A stretch of DNA of 64,000 nucleotides, from assembly GCA_029838195.1 (NCBI GenBank), contig JALGVJ010000001.1, positions 227,107-291,106 of the forward strand. The letters are read 5' to 3'. A program made the translations under genes and the position numbers. The notes under the pieces were generated by a model. That model did no database searches. It was not told the origin of the DNA and saw nothing but the letters and a program-made list of their open reading frames with translations. Numbering within the stretch: the first letter of the stretch is position 1; every line of letters starts with the position of its first letter. This DNA is from Promethearchaeota archaeon (GTDB lineage Archaea > Asgardarchaeota > Lokiarchaeia > Sigyniarchaeales > SOKP01). Below, one piece after another: positions 9,279 through 18,081 of the stretch.

Positions 9279-10466
9279 TCAGCGTTTAAATTTGAAGAGA
9301 ATGATGAGAGTGGAAATAATGGGAAAAATGATCATCAAGGAGATGCCAAAATAATAATCTGGGTTAATGGTTAATAACAAGGTAAAGAGCAATCCCCCTG
9401 AAAAACCTCCTAAAAAGAAGCTTGAATTTACATAGCCAATGTATTTTCCCTTGTTTTTAGGCGTGGTATGCTTGGAAATATAAAGATAAATGGCGGAATA
9501 AAACATGCTGTAGCTTAAAGCTATGAGGATTTGAGATATGAAAAAGCCAAAAAAAGTGGTAGAAAAGAAATATCCAATTAATACGAAAATGCTTAACACG
9601 TATCCCACCACCATGAACGCTTTTTCATTCTTGTCATTAATTAGGTTTCCGAAAATAATGATGAGAAAAAACTGTAGTAAAGGATTAATTCCCATTAAAA
9701 ATCCAATTTGGACGTCATTGTTAAGATATAATGCCATGATGATTGCAAGGATGGATAAAACGGGACGGATTCCAAAATGCCGGAAAAAAAGGGAATAATA
9801 TACGGATTTTGAGATATTATTGCCGGAATTTTCATTCATATCCATGATTCCATGATTTTTAGAGTTCTCGCTTGAGTTTTTTGTTTCTTCGATTCTATTT
9901 AAAATAATAAAGCGATTTTCTCGGGCAAAAAACACCAAGATCATGCTGATAATGTTAAAAATCAAAAAAAAATAGAAAACATGTTCTATACCATTAATTT
10001 CCACGAAAATTCCGCATAATTGAGCTCCTGCAAACCATCCTAATGCTCCTGTTGCATTAAGATAGGAAATCATTTTTTGATCATTTTCTACCAATTCTTG
10101 AAACAAGACTAAAATTAGGCCAAAACAAGCCGAGAAAAATCCATGGGCAAACAGGGCAATGATAATCATGATTAGCGTTCGATGGAATAACAGCCATGAA
10201 AATAAGATGGTATCGCCAATTGCTCCGAAAATGAAAATATAGTATCGATTTTGAATTTTATCGCTATAATTTCCGACAAGCGGGGGAAAAACAAAATTAG
10301 TAAATGCCATGATAGTTGAAACTAGTTGGATTATTGATTTTTCAATTCCCATGTAATAAAGATATCGTGGAAGATAGGTATAAAGAGCCATTCCAAGGAT
10401 GCCAGAAAAAAAAATAGATAAAAAAATGATGAATCCTGATTTTTTTGATAGAATCAATGTCCCCAA
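9279..10466 (-). CDS. MFS transporter
   Basis: About 12 hydrophobic helices in two halves; GNYSDKIQNR motif A-like loop; KGKYIGYVNS. Confidence 0.85.
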   Translation of the reverse strand: MGTLILSKKSGFIIFLSIFFSGILGMALYTYLPRYLYYMGIEKSIIQLVSTIMAFTNFVFPPLVGNYSDKIQNRYYIFIFGAIGDTILFSWLLFHRTLIMIIIALFAHGFFSACFGLILVLFQELVENDQKMISYLNATGALGWFAGAQLCGIFVEINGIEHVFYFFLIFNIISMILVFFARENRFIILNRIEETKNSSENSKNHGIMDMNENSGNNISKSVYYSLFFRHFGIRPVLSILAIIMALYLNNDVQIGFLMGINPLLQFFLIIIFGNLINDKNEKAFMVVGYVLSIFVLIGYFFSTTFFGFFISQILIALSYSMFYSAIYLYISKHTTPKNKGKYIGYVNSSFFLGGFSGGLLFTLLLTINPDYYFGISLMIIFPIISTLIILFKFKR

Positions 10467-10636
10467 ATTTCCGTGATGTAGTAGAGGTCTATTAAATGTT
10501 AAAATCTAATGCCTTGGAGTAAAAAATGATAAAAGCCTCTTAATTTTTATGGAAAAGTACTCTCTTACGTCATGATTAAAATGTCATGAGGATTACACGC
10601 TAATGATTTTTCATCGGGAATTGATAATTCCTTTTT

Positions 10637-12670
10637 TTATTTATTCGATTTTGAATAAACAGGCATGATCAAGTAGCTGGGGTGATTTTTATCATGATAA
10701 ATCTTTTGGACAGCTTTCATATACTCGAATGGCTTTCCTTTTCCCCCTAAATTTGAATTAATGTCAAATCTAGGAAAATTGCTGGAAGTTATTTCTAATC
10801 GAATTCGATGTCCTTTTCGAAAAAGATTAGAGGTATTACCAAGCTCAATTGTATATTTAATAATCTCGTCGGGATTAATGAGAGAAGGGGCTGAAATACC
10901 GTTTCTAAAGCGAGCTCTAATTCCAGCGTCTAAAATATTATAAGCTTTCCCATTAGGAAATACATCCACTAGTTTCACCATGAAATCCGTGTCTTGAGCT
11001 GAAGAAGCTGCGAACAAGACCATTTTCACGAGCCCAGTGATTTCTATTCCTTTTTGTAAAACATTTGAAGTATACACGAGCACGTCTAAACGCTGTTCTG
11101 CATCTTTTTGGTCATGGCTTCCTTTTAAAATATCTAAATTCCTGCCTCCCCGAGTAATAACGGGGTTCATGGGATCAAATTCATACTGGTCAGGTGGTTC
11201 TTCTTTAGGATATTTAGGACTTAATTTTCCATGGACCTTCATGCTATTAGCATCACCATCGGAATGAAGATATAATTTTCGGTATCTTATTTCTTTAGGA
11301 GGCCAATAATCCGTATATCTCCAGAGATTTCTCCCCATGACCCAATATTTAATTGGAGGTTTATCTATATCGGTAAAAGTGGATCGTTTTTCTTTCAACC
11401 AGTAATCAAACCATTGCTTGTTTAAAAACAGCTTGTAAAACATTAACATTCCCGCATTAAATAACGTGCTTTCTGGGTGTCCGCTTTCAGCATGAGCCCA
11501 AGGGCCTATTACCATTTTAGAGTGTTTTTTTACAAAATCATTTGCATTTTTTTGAAGTTCCAAGAAATCTTTTAATTGATGTTCTAAAAACATGTCTTGC
11601 CAGCCAGCAAGCATGAAAACTGGTTGCTCTACATGTTCAACGGCATAGTCTAATAAGCCTAACATTCGTTCCGTGTCTTTTTCAATTTTCTGATGAAATA
11701 AGAAATCATTCAAGAATTTAAAAAACAACGAGAAGTTCCGTTTCTTGAAATTAACGTGGTTATTGAGGTAATGTTCCGCTATTTTCCGTTTTACTTTATC
11801 AAGATTTAAATCTTTAAAATCAGAAAATTTAAGAATGGAAGATTGCTTTTCTAAAGGATCATTATATAGAGCTGTGGTCGGATTCAAATATCTTTCTTGA
11901 ATTTCTCTCGGCAAGAGATCTACCGGCGGTTTTTCACGATTTACCGTGATATTTAATAATATCCGATACATTGCTGTTGTTAATGAATGAATGTTTAATC
12001 CTCCAGACGAGTTCCAGAGATTCAATGTAGAGCAAATCGCCGGAGAAATGCAAGTAAGGATTCCCTCATTCTTAAATGAAACACATAACTGAGTTAATCC
12101 GAAATAGCTCCCTCCATTCATTCCTATTTTTCCATTGTACCAAAATTGTTTTTTGATCCACTGAAGAGTTTCTAGTCCATCGCTTCTATCTGCTAAAAGG
12201 TAAAAATTGAACCCTTCAGAATGAGCACATCCTCGAACATCTTGCAATACAACCGCAAACCCGTGGATGGCATAAAAGTGAGCTAAATAACTAAAAGAAT
12301 CTTTCCAATACGGTAATCGGATGAGCATGGTTGGACATTTACTTCGTTTTTTGTACACTTTTTTAGGCAAATACACATCTGTTGCTAATTTCGTGCCATC
12401 GCTCATTTCTAACATGTATTCGGGAAAACGTTTTACTCCTTTAAATGAAAATCCAGAATCGAGGATCAAGCTCAAGATTCTTACAAATGGCAGAACACCA
12501 TTTCTCATTATCCGCTCTAGGAGGCGTCGGAAAAAAGGAGGGAGATTATCTCTTTTAGGAATTTGTAAATAAGAAAAACTAGTCACGTAATGATCTACAT
12601 TCATGAAAAATAAAAATTGTTCATCTATAAAAAGGGACATTAAATTTCTAAAAACAAATAATCGTGTCAA
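10637..12670 (-). CDS. CocE/NonD family serine hydrolase
   Basis: MSDGTKLATDVYLP, RLPY, QDVRG, GGSYFG nucleophile, GWQD, IGPWAH, TSSNFPRFDIN. Confidence 0.92.
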   Translation of the reverse strand: MTRLFVFRNLMSLFIDEQFLFFMNVDHYVTSFSYLQIPKRDNLPPFFRRLLERIMRNGVLPFVRILSLILDSGFSFKGVKRFPEYMLEMSDGTKLATDVYLPKKVYKKRSKCPTMLIRLPYWKDSFSYLAHFYAIHGFAVVLQDVRGCAHSEGFNFYLLADRSDGLETLQWIKKQFWYNGKIGMNGGSYFGLTQLCVSFKNEGILTCISPAICSTLNLWNSSGGLNIHSLTTAMYRILLNITVNREKPPVDLLPREIQERYLNPTTALYNDPLEKQSSILKFSDFKDLNLDKVKRKIAEHYLNNHVNFKKRNFSLFFKFLNDFLFHQKIEKDTERMLGLLDYAVEHVEQPVFMLAGWQDMFLEHQLKDFLELQKNANDFVKKHSKMVIGPWAHAESGHPESTLFNAGMLMFYKLFLNKQWFDYWLKEKRSTFTDIDKPPIKYWVMGRNLWRYTDYWPPKEIRYRKLYLHSDGDANSMKVHGKLSPKYPKEEPPDQYEFDPMNPVITRGGRNLDILKGSHDQKDAEQRLDVLVYTSNVLQKGIEITGLVKMVLFAASSAQDTDFMVKLVDVFPNGKAYNILDAGIRARFRNGISAPSLINPDEIIKYTIELGNTSNLFRKGHRIRLEITSSNFPRFDINSNLGGKGKPFEYMKAVQKIYHDKNHPSYLIMPVYSKSNK

Positions 12671-13035
12671 AAAATCTGCTCTACCGCTTCATGCTTGACT
12701 CCTAAATTATAAATAAATTAGAATCGTGATTGAAATCAATACATGAAGATTTTTTAAAAACGATAGAAAGAAGAAATATTGTTTTATAATCTTCTTAAAA
12801 AGAATTTTTATTCATGAGAATTGATAATAATTATCAAAAAGTAACATTTAATTAAACAATATTTAATACAAAAATCAATAAAACATAAAATTAAATTATC
12901 TTTTTAGAAAAAAATAATCGATTTTCATAATTATTCATTTCAAAATAAGTCATGGTTTTAATAGGAGTAATTCTATTTTTATCATATAATTTTTTACTCA
13001 TTGACTTGCGATAGTGAATAAGAATTCCAATTGAT

Positions 13036-13566
13036 TTGTCTTTTAAACTCTGCGTGTTCGGGGCTAAGGGTTCTGGGAAATCGGCGATAATTTATAAACT
13101 CATATCAGCAAAATTAAAAACACAAATGGAGCTTGGAAGAACATTGGGGGCGGATATTATTTTGAAACAAATCACGCGAGTGGGAAAAAAAATTCTATTA
13201 CAAATTTGGGATATTATTGGAGAGAAGCAATTTAGAATGATGCTTCCAATTTATTCGAGGGGAGCGGCAGGAGCTATTTTAGTATTTGATATGAGTAGAG
13301 AAGAAAGTATAGATGAATCTAAAGAATGGCTTGAACTTTTCAAATCAGGTCAGGAAACGATACAACCACGCATTCCTATAATCTTAGCAGGAAACAAGGC
13401 AGATCTCGTGGAAAATAGAAGCCTGATTTATCAGAGAGCTAAAAAATTAGTTATTGATCATGATCTTATAGAATACATGGAAGTTTCAGCGAAAACAGGA
13501 GAAAATATTCAAGAATTATTCACTACATTGATTGATACTATTTTAATCGAAAGGGGGTTTTATTAG
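13036..13566 (+). CDS. Rab/Ras-like small GTPase
   Basis: G1 GAKGSGKS, G2 TLG, G3 WDIIGE, G4 NKAD, G5 SAK; no C-terminal cysteine motif; TTG start. Confidence 0.9.
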   Translation: MSFKLCVFGAKGSGKSAIIYKLISAKLKTQMELGRTLGADIILKQITRVGKKILLQIWDIIGEKQFRMMLPIYSRGAAGAILVFDMSREESIDESKEWLELFKSGQETIQPRIPIILAGNKADLVENRSLIYQRAKKLVIDHDLIEYMEVSAKTGENIQELFTTLIDTILIERGFY

Positions 13567-14666
13567 AAAAAAATCTCTTCAATTAGATGTTCCATGGGGG
13601 AGAATGCGTTTAAATTTCCCTTCCAATCCTCTAAAATGGGTGAAAAAAGTTCTTCAATTCTGCTGGTTAATTTATTGAGTAAAATTTGATAATGTTTTAA
13701 AAGCTCATCACAAATTAAAATGGAATATACATGAGTAGATGGCTGTACGATTATTATTTTCCCTTCTTTTTCGATAATTGAAAGTCCTTCAACTTGGGTG
13801 GCTTGTTCTAACATCATTTTTAGCATGATCAAGCTTCCAGAAAAAACATATTCGCCTGCGGATGTATCTATTCTTTTTCTGAAGTTTTTCTTATAAATTA
13901 ATAAACCCGATTTATGAATGATGAAGATACTTTCCAGCTTGTCTTGCCAAGCATATTCTGTTAAAGAAGGAACAGAAATAAAAAACCACGCAAGCAAGAT
14001 AAATCCAATTAATTGAATGATATCTCCATAAAAACGGTAAATCACGCCAAATGGGACGATTATATAAGGCGTGGTTAATAGAAAACCGATAATGATGATT
14101 AAAATTCCTAATGAAAACTTGAAAATCTCAAATTGTAAATTGATAATCCCCTTTTTAACTTGTAGTTTAGACCTCATGCTTATAAAATAGAGGATAAAAA
14201 AAATGATGAGTATTGACATGTAGAGATAACCGAAGATAAATCCAATGGATATATCTATTAAGATTATTATCATGTAAATAGGAAGAAATATTAAAGAGAT
14301 TCTGGTGAATAAATATCTTTTAAAATACACTTTTAGATTTTCCATTATCTTAAAAAATAAAATGATGCTGGCAACTTGAATCGACATCCCGATGGTAGAA
14401 AAAAGGTCATGAAAATAGGAAGATTGAACGTAAAAATCCGCAATAACGAAAAACATCCACATGAACGCATATCCCAAAAATAACCAAAAATACGCTTTTT
14501 CTTCTAACGATTTTAATTTCATTTTGTTTTTACCATGAAATCGTGTCCATAAAAAAAAAGATTGCTCGAAAAAGAGAAAGGTGATTAGATATTCCAAGAT
14601 TAAAAGAGGTTCTCTAAACATTCCGGTTATAGGAAAAAAATCTTGTGTGATCACGTGAACACCCAT
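13563..14666 (-). CDS. 7-TM membrane protein with C-terminal longin-like domain
   Basis: Seven hydrophobic segments, then LESIFIIHKSGLLIY...VFSGSLIMLKMMLEQ...IIEKEGKIIIV...FSPMEHLIEEIF (longin beta-beta-alpha-beta-beta-beta-alpha-alpha pattern). Confidence 0.7.
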   Translation of the reverse strand: MGVHVITQDFFPITGMFREPLLILEYLITFLFFEQSFFLWTRFHGKNKMKLKSLEEKAYFWLFLGYAFMWMFFVIADFYVQSSYFHDLFSTIGMSIQVASIILFFKIMENLKVYFKRYLFTRISLIFLPIYMIIILIDISIGFIFGYLYMSILIIFFILYFISMRSKLQVKKGIINLQFEIFKFSLGILIIIIGFLLTTPYIIVPFGVIYRFYGDIIQLIGFILLAWFFISVPSLTEYAWQDKLESIFIIHKSGLLIYKKNFRKRIDTSAGEYVFSGSLIMLKMMLEQATQVEGLSIIEKEGKIIIVQPSTHVYSILICDELLKHYQILLNKLTSRIEELFSPILEDWKGNLNAFSPMEHLIEEIFF

Positions 14667-15821
14667 CTAATAATTGGTCATAATTTTTTGTTTTATAACA
14701 GTATCGAAACTTGAAAATAGTTTTTGTTTAAATTCTTTTGATTGAGCAATCTTCATTAAAATAGGAGAATATAGCTTGATGAACTCCTCTTTTACTTGTT
14801 TGATTATATATCTCAAGCTGTTTAACTCTTTTTTAACAAAAAGGTAAAAGATTAAAAAATCAAAAGGCTTTTCAGCATGTTGGATTAAAATCAAGTATTT
14901 TTGGTGAGATATCTTATCTACGTTATCATTTGTAGATTCAGAGATAAAAGAGATGATGCTTTCCATTCCGATTAGTCCTCGTGAAAATAATATATTTGAT
15001 CCCTTCTCTTGTTCTTCCCATTGCTCATGGTTCGAAATAGGAATAAGATTAAAGTGATATTGATATAGAATTTCAAAATTCACCCTATTTACAACGTATA
15101 AACTGATAATATTCTCCTTCCAATCAAATTCTAAAAACATGGGAAATTTATAGGCGCCCAAGAAAAAAATTAAAAGTCCAATAATAAAAAGGGGTACGGA
15201 AATGATTTGAAGTAAATCAGTATAAGCACTCAATAATACATTGCTCGGCGTATAACCTCCTAAAAAATGAGATACAAATATTAATATGATGGCCCAAAAA
15301 ATAAGATTTAACCTTTTTCGAATATCTCCTGTAGTGAGCTGAGCTAACTTATTTTGAAATTTTAAAATAATGGAATAATAAAGTACTAACGTAATGCCGG
15401 CAATCGTGCTATACAATAAAGTTTCTATGGTCATGATTAGAGAACAAAAAATAGGAATCAATAAAAGGAATGATAATGCACGAATAAAATTAGTCCTTAT
15501 AATGGCATTAAATGCTTTAGAAGAAATAATCAGATAAAAAACCATAATCCCCGTATATAATAAAAGATATGTCGTTCGAACTAAGGGAGAAAATATCTTT
15601 GGATAATAAATTCTTAAAAAATATAAATTTAGAATACGAATCGTAAAACCTGTTAATGTGATTCCAAATATCAAGCCATACCCTAATAATAAATTATTAA
15701 ATTTAATTTTCTCATTTTTGTATTTGGCATGCAAATATAAGAAATAACCCGAAATCTGATATCCAATTACAATAGCAATGAACATGAGGGGTAAATAAAA
15801 TTCTCTAAAATAATTCGCCAT
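14667..15821 (-). CDS. 7-TM membrane protein with C-terminal longin-like domain (paralog of the downstream gene)
   Basis: Seven TM segments, then EFDWKENIISLYVV...LFSRGLIGMESII...LRYIIKQVKEEFIKLY...FSSFDTVI; same architecture as 13563..14666. Confidence 0.68.
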   Translation of the reverse strand: MANYFREFYLPLMFIAIVIGYQISGYFLYLHAKYKNEKIKFNNLLLGYGLIFGITLTGFTIRILNLYFLRIYYPKIFSPLVRTTYLLLYTGIMVFYLIISSKAFNAIIRTNFIRALSFLLLIPIFCSLIMTIETLLYSTIAGITLVLYYSIILKFQNKLAQLTTGDIRKRLNLIFWAIILIFVSHFLGGYTPSNVLLSAYTDLLQIISVPLFIIGLLIFFLGAYKFPMFLEFDWKENIISLYVVNRVNFEILYQYHFNLIPISNHEQWEEQEKGSNILFSRGLIGMESIISFISESTNDNVDKISHQKYLILIQHAEKPFDFLIFYLFVKKELNSLRYIIKQVKEEFIKLYSPILMKIAQSKEFKQKLFSSFDTVIKQKIMTNY

Positions 15822-15967
15822 GGAACTCTTGCATTTTAGAGTTTATTTCGATATAAATTTAATTTTTTGTAATAAATAAATTTAAAATAACACGGCATAT
15901 AAATTCTTTTTTCAGTGCACATGGAATTCTCCCCCTAAAAAAATTGAATCTTGGGATAATTTCTCTC

Positions 15968-16639
15968 TCATTTTGGTTTTTTTCGAAAAATAGCAAAAAT
16001 AAAGCTAAAATTTTCTACAAGTTTCTTATTCTTCGTAAAGATCGGAAAAAATGATGAATAAATTGCAAGTTTGGTAAATCCATTAGAGATGGCTAATTTT
16101 TCAACCTCCTCTACTGACAGAATAGTTACATGGGTAGGATCCCAAGAAAAAAAAAGATTGTAGATAATTCTACTGAATTTATTGCTAATAGTTGGAATCT
16201 CGAAACAGAATAATCCATTATCGTTTAAATGTTCATGTATATTTTTAAGTGCCTTATTCACGTCATGAAGATGCTCTAGCACGGAAATAGCAGTAATGAC
16301 ATCGAATTTCTTAGAGTATGGAATCCCATTTTCCACGATATCTGCTTGCAAGCAAGCACATTTTACTCTATATTTAGAAACTTTTATTGCATGATGAGAA
16401 ATATCCATTCCGTGAACGTTAAAATCATTTTTAAGGATGTTCAAAAAATGCCCATAACCACATCCAATATCCAATAACGTTCTCTGACCCGATTCCACGT
16501 GCCGCAAGATGAATTTTCTATATTTTTCCGTACGCCAAGAATTAAGTCTGGTAAGCAAATCGTACCCACCAAATTGGGAAAAATGCGAATCTTCAAAATA
16601 TTCTCGTTCAAATACCTCTCTTGAATTCACCTTGCTCAC
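15968..16639 (-). CDS. Class I SAM-dependent methyltransferase
   Basis: LLDIGCGYG, GMDIS, FDVITAISVLEHL, L..NGLF motifs. Confidence 0.9.
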   Translation of the reverse strand: MSKVNSREVFEREYFEDSHFSQFGGYDLLTRLNSWRTEKYRKFILRHVESGQRTLLDIGCGYGHFLNILKNDFNVHGMDISHHAIKVSKYRVKCACLQADIVENGIPYSKKFDVITAISVLEHLHDVNKALKNIHEHLNDNGLFCFEIPTISNKFSRIIYNLFFSWDPTHVTILSVEEVEKLAISNGFTKLAIYSSFFPIFTKNKKLVENFSFIFAIFRKKPK

Positions 16640-16824
16640 ACGTATTTTAAACCGTTAATGAATTAAAATTTTCACATTAATGCATCCTTAATTGAAGTAG
16701 ATAATACTTCATGATTTTAAAAGAGAGGAGATATCAAATTAAAATTTCTCTTACATATTTTAATCCTCTTAGAAAAATTAAGAAATCCTCAAAACCATCA
16801 ATTTTAAAAAAGAACTGTGAGAAG

Positions 16825-16918
16825 CAGGCTCGGAGGGATTTGAACCCTCGATCTTCAGCTCGCTCCACGTTAAAAAGTTTAGGAGGCTGCCGCCTTATCC
16901 AGACTGGGCCACGAGCCT
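16825..16918 (-). tRNA. tRNA-Arg(CCT) with a 19-nt intron at canonical position 37/38 (intron 16861-16879)
   Basis: Minus strand reads AGGCTCG-TG-GCCCAGTCTGGATAAGGC-G-GCAGC-CT-CCT-A-[aactttttaacgtggagcg]-A-GCTGA-AGATC-GAGGG-TTCAAAT-CCCTC-CGAGCCT-G. CTCC/GGAG forms the 4-bp central helix with two 3-nt bulges (BHB). CCA is not encoded. Confidence 0.95.
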
Positions 16919-17314
16919 TTTCAAAATCAAATTTTCTTGATCATTTTAACGTTTTATTGTTTAAAAATTTTAATATCTATACATGACCATTAGATATTTA
17001 ACATGCTGCGATAAAAGGCCACGCCACATGGTTTACAATAATACGAAGTGCCAATTTTGATTGCATCCTCAAGTTTTATCGTTTTTTGACAATTTTTAAT
17101 GCTACATTTAGTGATATTTTTTTCTCTCATAGCTTTCATGATCAATTGTATAAAATCCTTGATCCTTAATAATTAGAATTGTTAATTAGAAATGATTAGG
17201 AAATAAATATTTTTTTATAAAAGGATAAGGTTTTAATTTAGAGCATTTTTTTTACTAGTTGTTAATAAATACTTTTAAAGATTTTTTTTTAATAATTAAA
17301 GTGAGCATGTTAGA

Positions 17315-17593
17315 ATGGAAAGGAAGATATACCAGCAAAGACCTCAGAGACCAATTGATTATCTTAAAGATAGCATGAATAAAATAATCCTCATTAAAGT
17401 AAAACGTAACCGACTATTCAAGGGCAAACTTTTAAGTTTCGACGATCACCTGAACCTTTACCTAGAAGGCGCGAGTCAAATTTTCGAATACCAGGATGAG
17501 GATGGAAGCATTCGAGAAGAGCATGAAGAATTGGGGTCAATCGTGATAAGGGGGGATAACGTGATCTTCGTTTCGCTTACCAATACTGATTAG
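17315..17593 (+). CDS. Sm/Lsm-like RNA-binding protein (SmAP)
   Basis: RPIDYL, Sm1 FKGKLLSFDDHLNLYL, Sm2 LGSIVIRGDNVIFVS. Confidence 0.95.
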   Translation: MERKIYQQRPQRPIDYLKDSMNKIILIKVKRNRLFKGKLLSFDDHLNLYLEGASQIFEYQDEDGSIREEHEELGSIVIRGDNVIFVSLTNTD

Positions 17594-17744
17594 ATACAAG
17601 TTTACAGGAAAAAGAGACAATTTTTCAGGAAATAGATTAAGCATTTTCTTTCTGGTAATAAAAAGCGTTAATTTCCTCAAAGGAATGCTTCGCCGCAAAA
17701 ATAGGTGTAAACTTTTTTTCGAGAGCGAACAAAAAGACGATTCG

Positions 17745-17789
17745 ATAATTTTTGTTAGTCTAACAAATACGGATTAAAGACAAGTTTCC
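17745..17789 (+). repeat. Diverged second copy of the Sm gene 3' end (encodes IIFVSLTNTD* plus downstream acaagttt)
   Basis: att ttt gtt agt cta aca aat acg gat taa agacaagttt versus the gene copy atc ttc gtt tcg ctt acc aat act gat tag atacaagttt; offset 184 bp. Confidence 0.85.
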
Positions 17790-17795
17790 ATGAAT

Positions 17796-17861
17796 CATTC
17801 GCGGGGAAAATGTTAAATATAAAATAAAAAGCGCTCTTTTAGTATATTTTCTCCTCGAATG
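17796..17861. other. Long imperfect inverted repeat / hairpin
   Basis: cattcgcggggaaaatgt (17796-17813) pairs with atattttctcctcgaatg (17844-17861) with one mismatch and two G-U pairs. Confidence 0.6.
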
Positions 17862-18081
17862 GAACCCCTATTATATATCTTCTCAAAATAGTAATAGATT
17901 GTTTTTTGTTCTCATGAAAGAGTCGGGATTATTAGGTAAATGTTCTCGAACTCAATGGGGACTTCATGAGTTTTTTTTGGATTCATTCATTTTAATGTTA
18001 AGAATTATTTTTATTTGGCTTTTATCTTTTTCATACATAAAAATTGTAAGATCAATCAAGAACGTGTCAATTAATTAAACC

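Noticed and set aside
13036-16825. Genomic island integrated at the tRNA-Arg 3' end
   Set aside because: No duplicated tRNA 3' fragment or integrase was seen.
16711-16986. 91-aa plus-strand ORF
   Set aside because: It is the antisense reading of the tRNA-Arg gene (ARRDLNPR is the typical tRNA shadow).
17601-17624. FTGKRDNF aligning gaplessly with Sm1 FKGKLLSF at the same 184-bp offset, suggesting a full tandem Sm duplicate
   Set aside because: The intervening ~35 codons show no similarity and this stretch overlaps the shared post-stop sequence; probably coincidence.
17564-17789. Sm 3' repeat pair as a diversity-generating retroelement VR/TR
   Set aside because: The differences are synonymous and not adenine-specific, and there is no reverse transcriptase in the window.
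17790-17864. Hairpin preceded by ATGA as a Loki-type SECIS element
   Set aside because: The GA/AG core geometry does not fit, the stem is too long, and no in-frame UGA gene was found nearby.
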